64,000 nt of DNA from the NCBI GenBank assembly GCA_030141605.1, contig JAQGDQ010000041.1, positions 682,001 to 746,000 of the forward strand, read 5' to 3'. Shown here in pieces: positions 50,281 through 63,361 of the stretch (position 1 is the first letter of the stretch; each line of letters opens with the position of its first letter). A program made the position numbers and the translations under genes. The notes under the pieces are model-generated. The model did no database searches, was not told the origin of the DNA, and saw only the letters and a program-made list of their open reading frames with translations. The DNA comes from Tubiluchus corallicola (Eukaryota; Animalia; Priapulida).

Positions 50281-51142
50281 CAGTCAAACCTATTTATATA
50301 GCCCAGTTTGAGACCGGAGGAAAGATTGCATTATAGCGAGTTTGGCGCTGTAAGGAAGTGTGTTAAATTTTGCCATAGACAAATCACAAAACAGTCAGAG
50401 GAGTGTACACGGATTAGAGTTCTTAATTTTTGCTCTAAAGGCTAATGGATTTAAAATAAAAATATTAAATTACTCATTTGTGAGTTAATGACTCGCTCAA
50501 AATCAGTCATCTTCATTAAGAACTTTTTACTTACATAATAAACATGTCCTATACTCAATTACATATATAAAAGACTGTAGGCCAACTGCTCTACTAAACA
50601 TGTCTGGTTGTAAAAAAAAGGTTAAGTCATAGCTACGAATTTCTTGCTGGAATTTGCTTGAAAAATTTCTAATACAATAAGTTTATTGATGAACAACATA
50701 ATAATAACACCCTCTTGCTGAAAAAAAATCCACGTGTTTTCTTGTCAGTTTCCGTTATAGATATGTGCCAGTAAGTGCTGCATTCATTGTGATTATACAA
50801 TGTATGGTAAGGCTTGCAAACAATTAAAACGTGATGTCATGCATTTTATTATACAACACATGACGTCTAGCCAGTGTCTACGACTTAGTCAAACAGGTAG
50901 TAGCCTCATAAGTGGGTATCATATCAAGAAGTCGCTGGCCTTAGTTGAGAAACTTGAGACTGCTAACAGTATTTCCCCAATGAACACATATATTAATTTG
51001 CCTGGCAGATGGCGGGTAAAGGGTGGCGATATAACAGGTTATTTTTATAGACAGTTGAATACAGCCATTTTATTCCTCGCCACGTTGCAGGCAGCAAATG
51101 AGTTTGGCAGTATAACGGGAGCATTATAACGAGGTTTGACTG
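50281..51142. mobile_element. Tc1/pogo(Tigger)-like MITE remnant
   Basis: TIRs cagtcaaacct (50281) and aggtttgactg (51132-51142), followed by TA on the right side only. Confidence 0.5.
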
Positions 51143-51293
51143 TATGCTCTGTTTCAACACTTTACATTTAAATTAAATTGAGCTATAGTTTAAAAATGGA
51201 CCCTGTTCCCTTTTAACCCTCTGTACATAGTGATAGCACTCACATTTAGAAAATAGCAAAATACGTTTGTATAACCTAAACTATAAACATATA

Positions 51294-53217
51294 TCAAGAA
51301 TTCTTTTCGTGTATTTTTCTTGAGCCTTTTGCCTCTGCATCAATCATGATAAGTGCAGTACCAACCAAAATAAGTGAAGCCCCAACAGCCCACAAGAAGC
51401 TCAATGGCTCGTTGAAGATTAACCATCCAAAAGCCGCCTGAAGTGAAGAAAATACTGTCAATTATATCGTTACATACATTTTAAAAATAATGGAATTACG
51501 TAACATACTTGTTACCATATTGTGATTAAAGCAACAATATTTTCTAAGTATATACCTGCAGAGGGAAACAGCTAAATCAGTCACATTACTAGAAAATCTG
51601 GCATAACTGAATCTATACACCATACACACCCAGCAAGCATGAAGTGCACAAACTTTTCATACAACTAAATGAAAGATGCAGTATATTTCAGCCAAATTAA
51701 ACCATTTTAAGCAAATAGTAAATATCTTATTAACACTATTTGCAAACTGTTTCAGTAAACACGTACACAAAATTTCTCACCGTAAAAAATAGATTGGCAG
51801 CAGTATTTGTTAATATTGCATGTATTGTGGTTTCACAGACACACAGCGCTTTTGTCAGGACAGTCCACATGATGGCATTCAGAATGAAAACCTGAATTAA
51901 GAACAGTATCCGTAAGTACAATGATACCTAAAACAAAAGCACAATTGTTATTGTTACTGTTATTATATTATTATTATTATGTGATTTGGCATTTAGAAGC
52001 TTCTCTGACAACCAAATTAATTTAAACTATGCTGTAAACATTATGAATTTGTGCAAGCAAGGTTTCGCCGACTGTGTACTTCGACAAGAAAAAGACAAAG
52101 TTTCACTAATATGGAGCACTAAGCTTGCCATGGGGACCGGTGTACAGACAGACGACTTCTGCCTGTCCTCGGGCAGATTTACCGGAGTTACCATGATGAT
52201 CAAAGTTAAATTTGCTTCCTGATTATTGATAAAAAACCTTTAACATTTTTTTTGTAGACATTGGAAAAAGATGTACAGCTTCTTTTTAAGAAATAGGTTC
52301 AAAATACTATACAGTGCATCAAAATCAGGTAAAAATGTGATGCTATTACTGAGTACTATGTCAGCAATCTTTCTAAAATCTATAATACAATCTAGGATGA
52401 ATTAAAAATAAATTATTAAAAGATTAAAAATCAAAATTTCTCCTAATAAAAAACTTATCTGCCAAGCTGACACTGTCTATATGTTTGCTTACTGTACTTA
52501 CTGGACTAGTGTCTTACTGGCACTTTATAGCCTTACGGGATACACTGGGAATCTTACTGTGTAATGACACAACATATTTAAATTACCGAGCAAAGAGCGT
52601 GACCAGGTTCCAAAGTTAGGGGGAGCAAACACATAAATAAGACGCCACGACACATAACACAATTACGTGTTTGTCTATGCCACAACAGACAGTATCAGCG
52701 TGTGACAAGAATGTATTATAATAATTAGATTTAGGGCAATTTGATCATTGCTTCGATTCAAAAATTTCATCATGCTCATTTAAAAACATAGGAGGCAGGT
52801 TGGTCAAATACACTAATAAGATAGGTTGTTTAAAGGCACCGAAAAATGTTCTTGGGGGGGGGAGCAGTTGCTCCCCCTTGCTCCCTTAGCTAAGCTACTG
52901 GACCGAGCATTCAAGCAAGGAAGAGTGTTGAAAGTTACTTAACCTTCACTTTGCAAATTCATTTAAACGTGTTTTAAAGTTTGCTAATTGTTCGTTGACT
53001 TTTCTTGACATGCTCCTGAGCTACATGCTAACAATTAATAACTCACAGTGCTGCAGTCCAGTGTAATGTACCCCAGTGATTCCTGCACTGACTCACACAT
53101 CCGTGGAGTCTCTTCACTTGCAGCTGCTAGTTTGGCACTAAGTGATGCTAATGCAGCAAACCATCCGGAAAGAGTAGCGTACCAAAAACCAAGATATGAT
53201 GTAGATGTTTTATGCAT
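51294..53217 (-). CDS. TMEM42: Transmembrane protein 42 (EamA/DMT-like), 3 exons, about 153 aa
   Basis: Exons 53217-53047, 51927-51781, 51437-51294, all phase 0. Contains GFWYATLSGWFAALASLSAKLA, NAIMWTVLTKAL, TNTAANLFFTAAFGWLIFNEPLSFLWAVGASLILVG. Confidence 0.88.
52592..52900. mobile_element. hAT-like MITE in TMEM42 intron 1
   Basis: Flanked by (t/g)accgagc, a 7/8 TSD; internal gggggagca...tgctccccc palindrome; ends in ctactg. Confidence 0.5.
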
Positions 53218-53819
53218 GACAGTAATGAAGCAACCAAGTAATGTAGAAAATTCATGCAAGTTTTAAAATAGTAAACACACTATAACTACTTCCACATAGC
53301 AACACTCAACAGTACTATTATCTTACCACTTCAGTAAATAAAATGTCAATTAAACACATTCTGCTGTCTTTGTATTCCAATCTTTCTGCGACACAGTTTT
53401 GGTAAATTTGTGCTGTTTTAGTAAATACTCTATACGAAACACATTCCAAAGATTGGCAAAGAGAAGCTAAGTTTGCAAAAAATGAATGGCTTTAGATTCT
53501 CACGGCTTATTCACAGCCGATATGTGAAACACGGTATCCACTGCCCAGCTTAAATAAAGCACAGTACGTTTCCATTATTTATCAATAAAAACAAAAACAC
53601 ATTAGGTATAGCTCAACAACACTGCATGTATAACTCCAGCATCCTCTCATTGTGAGAAACAGGAATCCTTCCTTGATTCGCACAAAATTCTAGTAACAGT
53701 CTACAGCACAAGAACTTCAGGGTGCAACCATGTTGTATCTCTGGTGCTGCCATCTGTAAGCACTTTCTTAAATAAAAGTGTAATTATAAGTTTTGCAGGA
53801 AGTAACTTGATAACGGATT

Positions 53820-56800
53820 TTACACGTGACGTCTTTTTGATTCTTTTTTCGTTTTTCTGGAATGTTTGTGTTTATGTTTTCTCTTTTTCTTCTTCTTCTT
53901 ACTACATGAATGAGCATTGCTAGAGTCTGAATGGTGCTCGGATTTTCGGCGCTTTCGCGATCTATGTTTACAATCATATTCACTATCTGAGTCACTGGAT
54001 GTTTTCTCTTCTAAAAGACTTTGCAGTTGCTTTATTCTTAAAAAAAATTAAAAATAATTTATAATACGTATTCTTTTAATATGCTTGTACTTCAGACAGC
54101 TGCATTCAGATGTATATACAACTGACTTCAAAGAGATAAACACAATGAGGCAGTAAAGCACATGAAACTACTCAGAAAGGAAATCACAAGACAGCCACCT
54201 GTTCATTTGCCAACCAACTGGTAGAGCATGGTGCAGGCTCGCAGCTATAAATTTTGAGTGAACTGTATGTGTTTCTATGTGTATATAATGCACGATCCGT
54301 AATGTGTGATGTGTGATCCATATTCATTCAAACATGTTCACAAGTCACTGTTGCCTAGGTAGTTCTAGCAAATTTTCAATCTCCAGTGACCATTTTCACT
54401 AAATGGCACCCTGATCTGGTGCATTTTGGTCATTTCAGGACCTACACACAATAATATTAAATTTCTTCCATTTGAGGGATGGAAGAAGCAGATAATTAAT
54501 TATGTTGTTCTGCATCTAGTTGTAGTTCTTTCACTAAGTAATGATATGCACCATAATGTTCTATTCCCTACAAAATGCAATCAGCCCAAAACCCACTCCT
54601 TCAAATTTTTCTTTCTACTAGTACAATGCCACCAATTTCACTCACCAAAATTTTGGAAGAGACATGGCTTCCAAAAGTTATTACTTTCATTTTTCAAAAA
54701 CAGCAATCAGACAGGGCAGAAAAAACACCATGAGCTTTGTTAATACACTTAACATTCATGGACATGTGGAAACAGCATATACATCACGCATTATGGATCA
54801 CGAGTCACCCTCTAAGCAAGCATGGAGTCCGACCTTAAAACTGTAATTAGAATCCAGTAGTCCTGAATACATAAAAATTGAATCTTTATAAAAATTGCAT
54901 TACACCTACTTCTCTTGTTTTCGAATTCTCTTGCTTTCAGTGACAAATTCAAACATAGGGTCTTCATGTGTCTAAAAATGTAAATTCATCATTAAAAAAC
55001 AATTAAGGTTTCTGATAAGCTACAGCAACATTTACTGTAATTATTTTAAAATTTAGCTATATTGATTAACAAAACACAAAATTTTACTATTTCATAATAT
55101 TACATAGGAGGCAACTAAATCTCTTACTTTACTTTTATTAGTTAAGCACCTGATTACATACTGGCAATAAAAAAAATACACTTACTAATGATTCCAATAC
55201 TAGTGAAGCAACACATTAAAAATAATTTATATAAATCCAAATGCATTGTAATAACTTACTGCTCTAAACATCTCTATCTTTTCGTTTCCACTAACAAACA
55301 TTGGGCATTCTTTATCACCTGTCCTGTGTCCATACTGCTTGCAACGCCAACCTGCAAAAACAAGTTTAATAAACACATTAAAAACATTACTGCAATAAAA
55401 GCAAAGAAATCAGTTTATAGAAAAAGCATCGGGCCCAAGTTATGAGAATTATATTACCTAGCAAGTTTACTATGATATGTAAACATAATTTGACTGCAAG
55501 CTGGGTATACTAAGCATAATAATTTTCTTGCAACAGTATATATATATATATTGATACAGTTAGATTTGCTTGTGAACTGTATGGACTTTTTACACAAAAT
55601 GTAATGTCTGCTTTTCACCGGATGTTACTAACACAAAATAATTTTATCTTCACATTATCATGATTATTCTATCATTAAAAGGTGGTTGTTAGATGACCTT
55701 TGGTTTTACCACCTTGCCTCTTTCTAACTACTACTGCACTGCAGTGTAATGGTAACGATACGTACAGATAAATATCAAATTGTTTTTATCATTATTGTAT
55801 CGATGGTATCTAAGAATATCATTATCATATCGAATTGGGGTGTATTGTTGCTTATCACTTGGCTATATAAGATCGCTTCACTTTGTTTTTCCATTTTTTT
55901 TTAGAATAAATATGCAAAAAAGTGGATGAAAAGAATTATTTAACATTATAGGGTTGTCAGACACTGAATGATTTTCTTGTATTTTTACCTGGCAATAATG
56001 GCTACTTTCATTCTGAATCATACTAACGTGCGGTTACCAAATATACTGTACCATATTTTTAGTTTCACATTACGATTACAGTCATGTGCAGCTTGCATAG
56101 ATAAATATTTTTCATGGTAGTAATAAATAATTATCAGAACCGTTTTACTTTTATTAGTGAAGGTTTAGAAATTTTTGCTGTCTGTAAGTACTGCAAATGA
56201 AAGTCCACGTATTACAGCTCAAGGATTATTATGGCTAAACATTTGAAGAGGCAAGCGTCAGTGACAATTATTATACATGTAGTTGGTATATGATTCACTC
56301 CATGTGCCTGGCTTCTTAATTATTACTGTGCAAGCAACAACGGTTGCTCTTTCTATGTCATTTACATAATCAGTTCGTATTTATGCGAAGTTCCTTCTCT
56401 GAGTTCCAGAAATTAAACCAAGCAGAGTCAAGCAATACCGAGAGCACATAAAAATATAATTATATGCTGACTGACTAACAGTGACAGATGTGGATTCGTG
56501 AAGTTAGCTCTTTTAGTAGTTGCCTATAATTGTGATGTGCATAGTACCATCATGTTTATCTAACTTAACAAATAATCTAAAGATTAAATGTGAACAGTGT
56601 GTTAAAAACATAAAATAATTATAGTTAGATATAATGCCTCTTTATTAGACATAAATACACAGAAAACTTGCATTTCATAACTAGCAGCCATTAAGTATAC
56701 AACACTTACTTTTTCTGTTGTTGCAATAATTGTCAGTATCATTTTTATCACTTAAAATAATTTATCGTATCGTCTAAAAATAGATTATCATTATCGTATC

Positions 56801-59011
56801 ATCAGAAAAAAATTATCGCATCGTATCGTTATCGTGTCGCCAAATTTGTATCATTTAACATCCCTACAGCACTGTGAAACAATCGTTTTGTGCAAGCATT
56901 TTTTGAATTGTATGAGGCTATCAAAGGCAATGAATGAACAGTGTGTCCTCACAAATTATATTCCAAACATTTTATATAGTCCATTAGACTCGCTTTCCAA
57001 TCTTTAAATACCTTGTAAGCCATTTATGCAGAACTATTATGTATTAGATGTTAATAAATTAAACATCCGAAAACTTTCTGCTCATGTTGCAGATACTTGA
57101 AACTTGAGAAAATCTAGAGAAATTTATGAAAAAAAATTTTCAAAAGAGAAATTAAAGATAAACCTGGTCCTATAGATAAACACAATCTGCCCAATTGTAA
57201 ACCAGAATCCAACATTACTTAATATTGACGTTTGTGTCAAGGATAGAACCTAGCTCATTATCAAGACTAAGCATTTAAGGTGAGTCACTGAACCAGCAAA
57301 GGTGTCATAGTCATGTTCACATGTTTAAACAAGACAGCTTTCCTGAAGCTGGTAAATGGTCAGAATCAGTATGACAAACTAAACTGCCCGCAATGAATAT
57401 TTTGAATCCCGGATTCACTGACCACTGACCATTGAGACGCATGCGTCATGACGAATGAGTTATACAGAATGTCACCTCATTGTTGCAACTTTAGCTAATT
57501 TCAAATACAAATAAAATTAAACATTAGCCTACATTTCATGACTTTTACTTCTTTGCCTAAAGGCATCCATAATCCCTTTTGTGGAGCATTTGCCAAAAAG
57601 TCTCGTGCGGCTTTGTTCTCTGGAAGATCTGGAATACAATCTTCTGGCTTTTCTTGCTCTTCCTTTATTAAAAAAAAACGATAAACTTTAGAAAACGTAG
57701 TGTCAACAATGAACAATCTGATCATTAATATTCACTTTTTGCGGCACTAATAGCCAATAAGAACAATAATATAGACAAATATCATCAATAATATAGTGAA
57801 ATGTCGTATATAACAAAATGTTGTTTCTTTGCATAACTCTAGTGATTTCGATATTTACTACTCACTGTACTAAAAAACAGAGATTACAATAAAAAAAGCA
57901 AAAAAAAACATGCAATGACTGATATCTTCATTGCTTTGGTCATTAGATAAGACAAATGACAAAATGACGCTTGTGAAAAGGTCTTAAGTATTTTCCCACT
58001 ATATATATTTATACATTCTCCACGTGAAATTAAAATCTATGAAGCAAAAGGTCAAGCCCATCCAGAACTAGGTTTAAAAAAGTTTACTTTAACAAACAAG
58101 CTATGTTTTGCAAAATATTATAGTTCTGTCAACTATTACACTACTTGAGAGATACTATAAGTTTACATAGGGCTGCTAAATAACAAAATTTTTTAGTAAT
58201 GGAAGTTTTTAACCTTTACCTGTATCAGTCCCGGTGGCGGTGCTTCATAGCTGTAATGGCAAATAATAAACTTATTAGATCCAATAACTGCTAAAGGGTC
58301 ATAAATTAATGAACAATGATGTTGTTAAGATGTAGTCTTCACTTATTCACAATTATCTCGCATAAAGTGTTGCAAATTCATCTGAAGTTCGATTGCAAAA
58401 AAATGTGCATGAGCTGCATTAATGCTGGTAATAATTTGCAGCAAGATGTACAGCAACAGTATTTTAATTAACCAAATGTATCACTGTAAAAAAACAAGCT
58501 TGAAAATGAACCACTTTTGTCAAGAAAGTTGTTCTTTAACTATTAAAAAGTCTATTGCTATTTATTTTGTGTAACATTATTATTAAATGTCTCTGTGTTT
58601 TCTTTTTCTCTCTCGCTCGTGAATGTATACAAACTAGTATGTTCTACATAATAAAGTCCACATTACAAATGTTTATATTGTAAAATAACATTGGCTCTGA
58701 TTGGAGCACAAGTTGGAGTGATGAAAGATACTGGCAGTTATAAGAATTTTTTCAGCTATTCACATGAATAAATTTAGTCATATGAAATAGATGTGGACTT
58801 CATAAATGGAAATTGAGCCAGTCAGGACTGAGTCGTCATGCATCAAATTATACATGCTATAGAAGTGTAATTCATTGCAGGTATAGGTTTAGCATGCCCT
58901 TAAGCAAAAAGGATGTGCTGATACTCCTGATGACTGCTGAGAAAGTTTAGATCGGGTATCACGAAAACATAAAAAGATGACAAAACACGACACACACACA
59001 CCACACATATA

Positions 59012-59048
<37 letters not shown>

Positions 59049-62000
59049 GTTTTCATGTACTATTGCCATTGTACAAGACAGATACTTACAACACATCAAA
59101 ATGCTTTAATGTATTCACAATCTCCTTTTGTTTTTTATCTTTTCTTCTGTCCTTTTTAGTTTTTCTTCTCTGCTTTTCACTTTTCTCATCATTACTGCTA
59201 CCCATAGTGTCTACTTCGGAATTTCTAGCAATTCAATACAATAGTATAATTATTCACAAAAAGTTCGATTATTAACAATTGCTCCAAAACTGTCTCATAC
59301 AACAAGTTAAGAGACAACTATAAAACATAAAACACGACTAGTTTGACGAAGTAGAAGCTGATTAAGCTATTGAATTGTCTTTTACTTATTGATACAAAGT
59401 TAGTATATAATGAAAAAAAGCAAAAAAATGTCAATTTGATATCATTAGTGAGCATAGGCGGATCCAGGAGGAAGTGCAGCTAGCACGTACTCCCCCCCCC
59501 ATTTATGCCAATTTCTGTTAAAATTATTTTGTTTCAAAATACATCCATGTTCAGAATACAGCATGTTGTTTGGTTCTGTATCTAACCGGGTATGTATGAC
59601 TATTTTCTTGTCAAGTCCGGAAAAAAGTAAGAAAATAAAAAGCGCGGCCGGACCAGCTTAGCACAGTCACAGTTTGAAAATCAGGCCCTATGAATATTAG
59701 TTAGAAATCTGACTTGAGGATTTGTTCTCAGTAGTGAGTCTTACGAAGAAACTTGTCGAAATTGAAAGAATGATTGGTGTCATGGCCCTGCTTATTTTGG
59801 ACTTAGATTGCAGGAAACCAGTTCCAAATTTTCAAAATCTTCCTGGGGAGGAGAACCCCCGCAGACCCCCTCTCGGCTCCCACCTTTAGCACTCGAGGCA
59901 TATACCAAATATTCTTTGACATTCGGGTGCCCCCTTTCAAAAAATTCTGGATCTGCCCCTGGTAACAACTCACACAGATGATGAATACAATAAATGTCTC
60001 AAAAACTTACAGATTATTATAGACAAAAAGTGGGAGATCAGCTACAAGTTATTTTGTCACATTTCAGCTTAAGTGGAACATTATAACTTCACTATTCCTG
60101 ACAGTGTTTGCTTGTGAGAATCATCTGCTAGAGAACATCTTTATTGTTCTGTGCTACATAAAGTCTTAACAATGGTATGGTCATTAAATTTCTTGTCGGT
60201 TATAAAGCATTTTGACGAGTTCACTTCTGACATTGCATAGTGACTGCTGAATAGGTTCATAAACTGTAGCTCCTAGCTAGATGACTGTGCAGGTGTAATC
60301 TAATTTTGTATATTCAAATTTTTATTAGTGGATAGAAGATGATCAACAAATTTTTGAGGACTATGATGCTAATATTAGTCTAATCGTGATTTAAACTAAG
60401 TAGGGTTAGAGGCTTAAACTACATTGTTGGATGATTTGTTCCACTCCTTGACCAACCGGATTAAAAATATTTCCTATTTTCTACTCCTGTTGTAAACTGT
60501 GCTCTTGTTAATCATTGCGTATAATCCTTAATCTTTACTGTGCAAGTGAATTTCAACAGCCACTCATGAGCAAGTAAACTTTGGCGTAAGGTCAGCTCGA
60601 CAAATGTTGTAGCTTTTGTTTGCTAGTTGCAATGTCGAAGATTACTAAAAGAACATTTAGCAGATTTTGTTCAAGGTAGGCTGCTGTCTTCCTTACATTG
60701 TAATATGTATTTCGAGTCATTTTCACTTGTCAGTTTCCATCCAGTTACCCCAGTGTAGGCCGCGAGAGACTAAAAAAGAGGAAAATTCACAAATATACAT
60801 TTATTGCAATAGCTCTTACTATATTACTGCAAGCGCATCTTATTAACAAATTTCAAAGAATTCGTAGTGCAGCTGTTGCAGCACCTTATAATCATTCATA
60901 ATCTTTCATAATAAATCTAGCTTCTTGAAGCACAACTATCATGAAGCCCTCAATCTCTCCTTAAAAAGATTTAAATTCGGTGCACTAACCATCCTTTCTG
61001 GCAAACTGTTTCACTTATTCGCTACACAGTTTGAAAAAAATAACTTTTACAATTAGATCTTGCATAAGGTTTAAACAGTTTCTTATCATTACAGCGAGTG
61101 GGCGTTAGAGGTGCAGCCTTAAATAGTGTATCACAGATAACGCGGTTGTCTCCATTTAGATACTTAAATATCTCATACATGTAAGCTGTTTCCCTTCTTT
61201 CAAGGAGTGACTGTGAACATATCTCAGGACGCAAATCAGCTGCATAACATAATCGCAGGCATCTTGAACTCTCTGCAATCTCCTACACTACACTAGAGTA
61301 TTCAAGTAATAAATTTGTAGAGAGTAAATACCTGCTTAGGATTCCAGTTAACAAAACATCTTTTAATCAATCCAATCAGCCAATTTGCTTTCTTGCATAT
61401 GTTGGTGATGTGTAGTAGGCTTCACATCATTAGATATAATTACACCAAGGTCCTTATGTTCTGACCATGTGGTAACTCATATGTTAACCTTGTAAACCAC
61501 TTGGTTTCAAATTTTCTGCATTATATAATGGACAATCTTCGATCTATATCCATGTTTGAAATCACTTGTCATGCCCCGCATACTGCCTTCTTGTTCCAAT
61601 ACCGGCCCACCTCAACTTGATGATTCGAGCCTCAACTTATATCACTTGTCATGTACTGCATCACCATGTTCTCCAGTGCCCTGTACTACAGTATACAGTG
61701 AAGCGGACATGGTGCTACAGTACACAGCGAAGTGATACAAGTGAAGGCAAGACGGTATGCGACCCCAGCGCGCTAGATACCGGTAAGTCCAGTAAACGCG
61801 AACGTACCAGGTATTGTTCCATTATACGGTTTCTACAATACGTCTGCTGCTTGAAGGTGGTGTGGCAGCTGTGGCCTATTCATGAATCACGTAACAGGCT
61901 AACTGCCAGTCACCGAAATATTGAGAAGCAAAAAAATCTTGAATAGAGCAACACATTTACCTATACCTTTTGTGGTTTTCTTCGTCCTTCTTCGCTCTGA

Positions 62001-62531
62001 AACACTATAAATAATAAAAAAGCAAAAACCGTAAGCCTTCTTTCACACTTGACGTTAACATTCATTTTTTAAAATACATTTTTATGTAAACTTGCAAAGA
62101 GGCTGCAAATGACAGTTCGCACTTAGTATTATCTTTGGCACTGTTAAAAACTACTCGGCATTCAAAGATTTCTTGGCTTGCTTGGTCACGTGCAGAAAAA
62201 TGTCCATAATAATTTGTACGTTTTAGTTTTTCTTCCGTTGTTGATAATTTTATAATAATTGCGACAAACTGTGAATTCGCAGGTTTTACAAATATATGCA
62301 AAGTATTTTGGAAAATTTGTGCTATTTTTCGTCATTATAAAAACTTTGCAACAACCCTTTTACATCTGAATTAGGCTTTTTGATAATACCGGCACAGTTG
62401 GGGTACACCCACTGAGATGCTTTTTACAAACTGTTAAAGGAAGACTAGAGAGTACCCGTTTTTACAGTAACACTACGTGGGACGCTTGCGCTTACTCGAC
62501 GCCCAGTGTGCCGCCTTGTTCTGGTCGCCAT
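53820..62531 (-). CDS. RP9: Retinitis pigmentosa 9 / PAP-1 splicing factor homolog, about 246 aa
   Basis: Exons 62531-62496 and 62004-61967 (both less certain), 59224-59090, 58250-58220, 57662-57533, 55351-55260, 54971-54910, 54036-53820. Contains LKHFDVFYEAPPPGLIQ, KPEDCIPDLPENKAARDFLANAPQKGLWMPLGKEVKVMKCWRCKQYGHRTGDKECP, HEDPM and a Lys/His-rich tail. An alternative Met (MGSSND) lies in exon 3. Confidence 0.92.
55742..56874. mobile_element. Non-autonomous hAT-like element in an RP9 intron
   Basis: Subterminal (tatcg/cgata) arrays at both ends; right terminus ...acatccctacagcactg, left terminus cagtgtaatggtaacgatac. Confidence 0.4.
58986..59049. repeat. (CA)n/(TA)n microsatellite
   Basis: Seen directly in the sequence. 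Confidence 0.9.
59453..59962. mobile_element. MITE with (c)aggggc.gatccag-type TIRs
   Basis: cataggcggatccagg at the left end and ctggatctgcccctg at the right end, with poly-C/G subterminal tracts. Confidence 0.65.
60900..61565 (-). mobile_element. CR1-like LINE remnant
   Basis: KDLGVII, LEYS, SLLERRETAYMYEIFKYLNG and TRCNDKKLFKPYARSNCKSYFF on the minus strand, disrupted. Confidence 0.8.
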
Positions 62532-63361
62532 GCACGGTTCCACCTTGCCGTGAAACATGAAAGGTCGTGGTCTAATGGGTGCGCAGTCAGTTTGGTACTG
62601 GTAATTTTGGTACGAGGAAATTTTGGTACACGCAAATTTTGTACAGAGTAAATATGGTACTAATGAAGTTTTGTTACACATTTTTGGTACAAGCAAATAT
62701 GGTACAAGGTAAAAGTGGTGCATACAAGTTTGGTACTAGGAAAGTTTAGTACTCGGAAAATATATTTCATATAACCTACTAGAACAAGTTACAGAGGCTC
62801 ACATTATTAAATTTCTTTCAATTTGTTTTTATTCGCATCTTTGTTTGTAAGTCTTTCGTTTATTATTTGTCATTGTTGTTATTTGTTTGTTTGTTTCTTG
62901 CTCATCCTTTTGTTGTGATTACTACCACCACCACCACCATCGTCATCATTATTGCTGTCATTGTTACATTTGTCATTTTGTTGCTGTTGCATTGTCATGG
63001 TTGTTGTTGCTGCTGTTGTTGTTGTTGTTGTTGCTGTTATTGTTGTTACTGCTGTTAATATTGTTAGCAATGAACATCATAATTATCATCACCGTTAGCA
63101 CGGTTACTGTTGTTGTTGTTGTGCCTATAAATAACGATAGATGATAATAGTAATAGTGATGCCAACGATGACGATAGTGATGATGATGATAATAATGATG
63201 ACAACAGTGATGCTTATGGCAAGGATAACACTGATGATGATGTTGACAGTGACAGTGATTATTACAACTCTAGAAAAAGTGAGAATGGCAGTACAATAGT
63301 TTCTGCTGGCACTACACTATATGGTGCATTTGTGGCACTTTTGATAGTTCCTATGATTTAA
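61699..63361 (+). CDS. Candidate 3' exons of an unannotated secreted/GPI-anchored protein antisense to the RP9 5' end
   Basis: Exon 61699-61782 (84 nt, phase 1 to 1, G|GTAAGT donor) reads VKRTWCYSTQRSDTSEGKTVCDPSALDT. It joins in phase to terminal exon 63141-63361, DDNSNSDANDDDSDDDD...YYNSRKSENGSTIVSAGTTLYGAFVALLIVPMI*. AATAAA at 63419-63424. No start exon was found. Confidence 0.4.
62590..62755. repeat. About 15-nt periodic repeat with a (t)ttggtac core
   Basis: About 11 degenerate copies, directly upstream of the RP9 promoter. Confidence 0.75.
62865..63125. repeat. Mixed trinucleotide low-complexity tract (GTT/CAC/CAT/GCT)
   Basis: Seen directly in the sequence; it explains the poly-C/T/L ORFs in the track. 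Confidence 0.9.

Noticed and set aside
62590-62755. Periodic ttggtac repeats as a CRISPR-like array
   Set aside because: The period is only about 15 nt, the repeats are degenerate, there are no spacers of 25-45 nt and no cas genes, and the context is eukaryotic. It is more like a transposon subterminal or minisatellite array.
62867-63144. Poly-Cys, poly-Leu and poly-Thr ORFs in the track
   Set aside because: These are by-products of trinucleotide repeats, with non-ATG starts and open frames on both strands.
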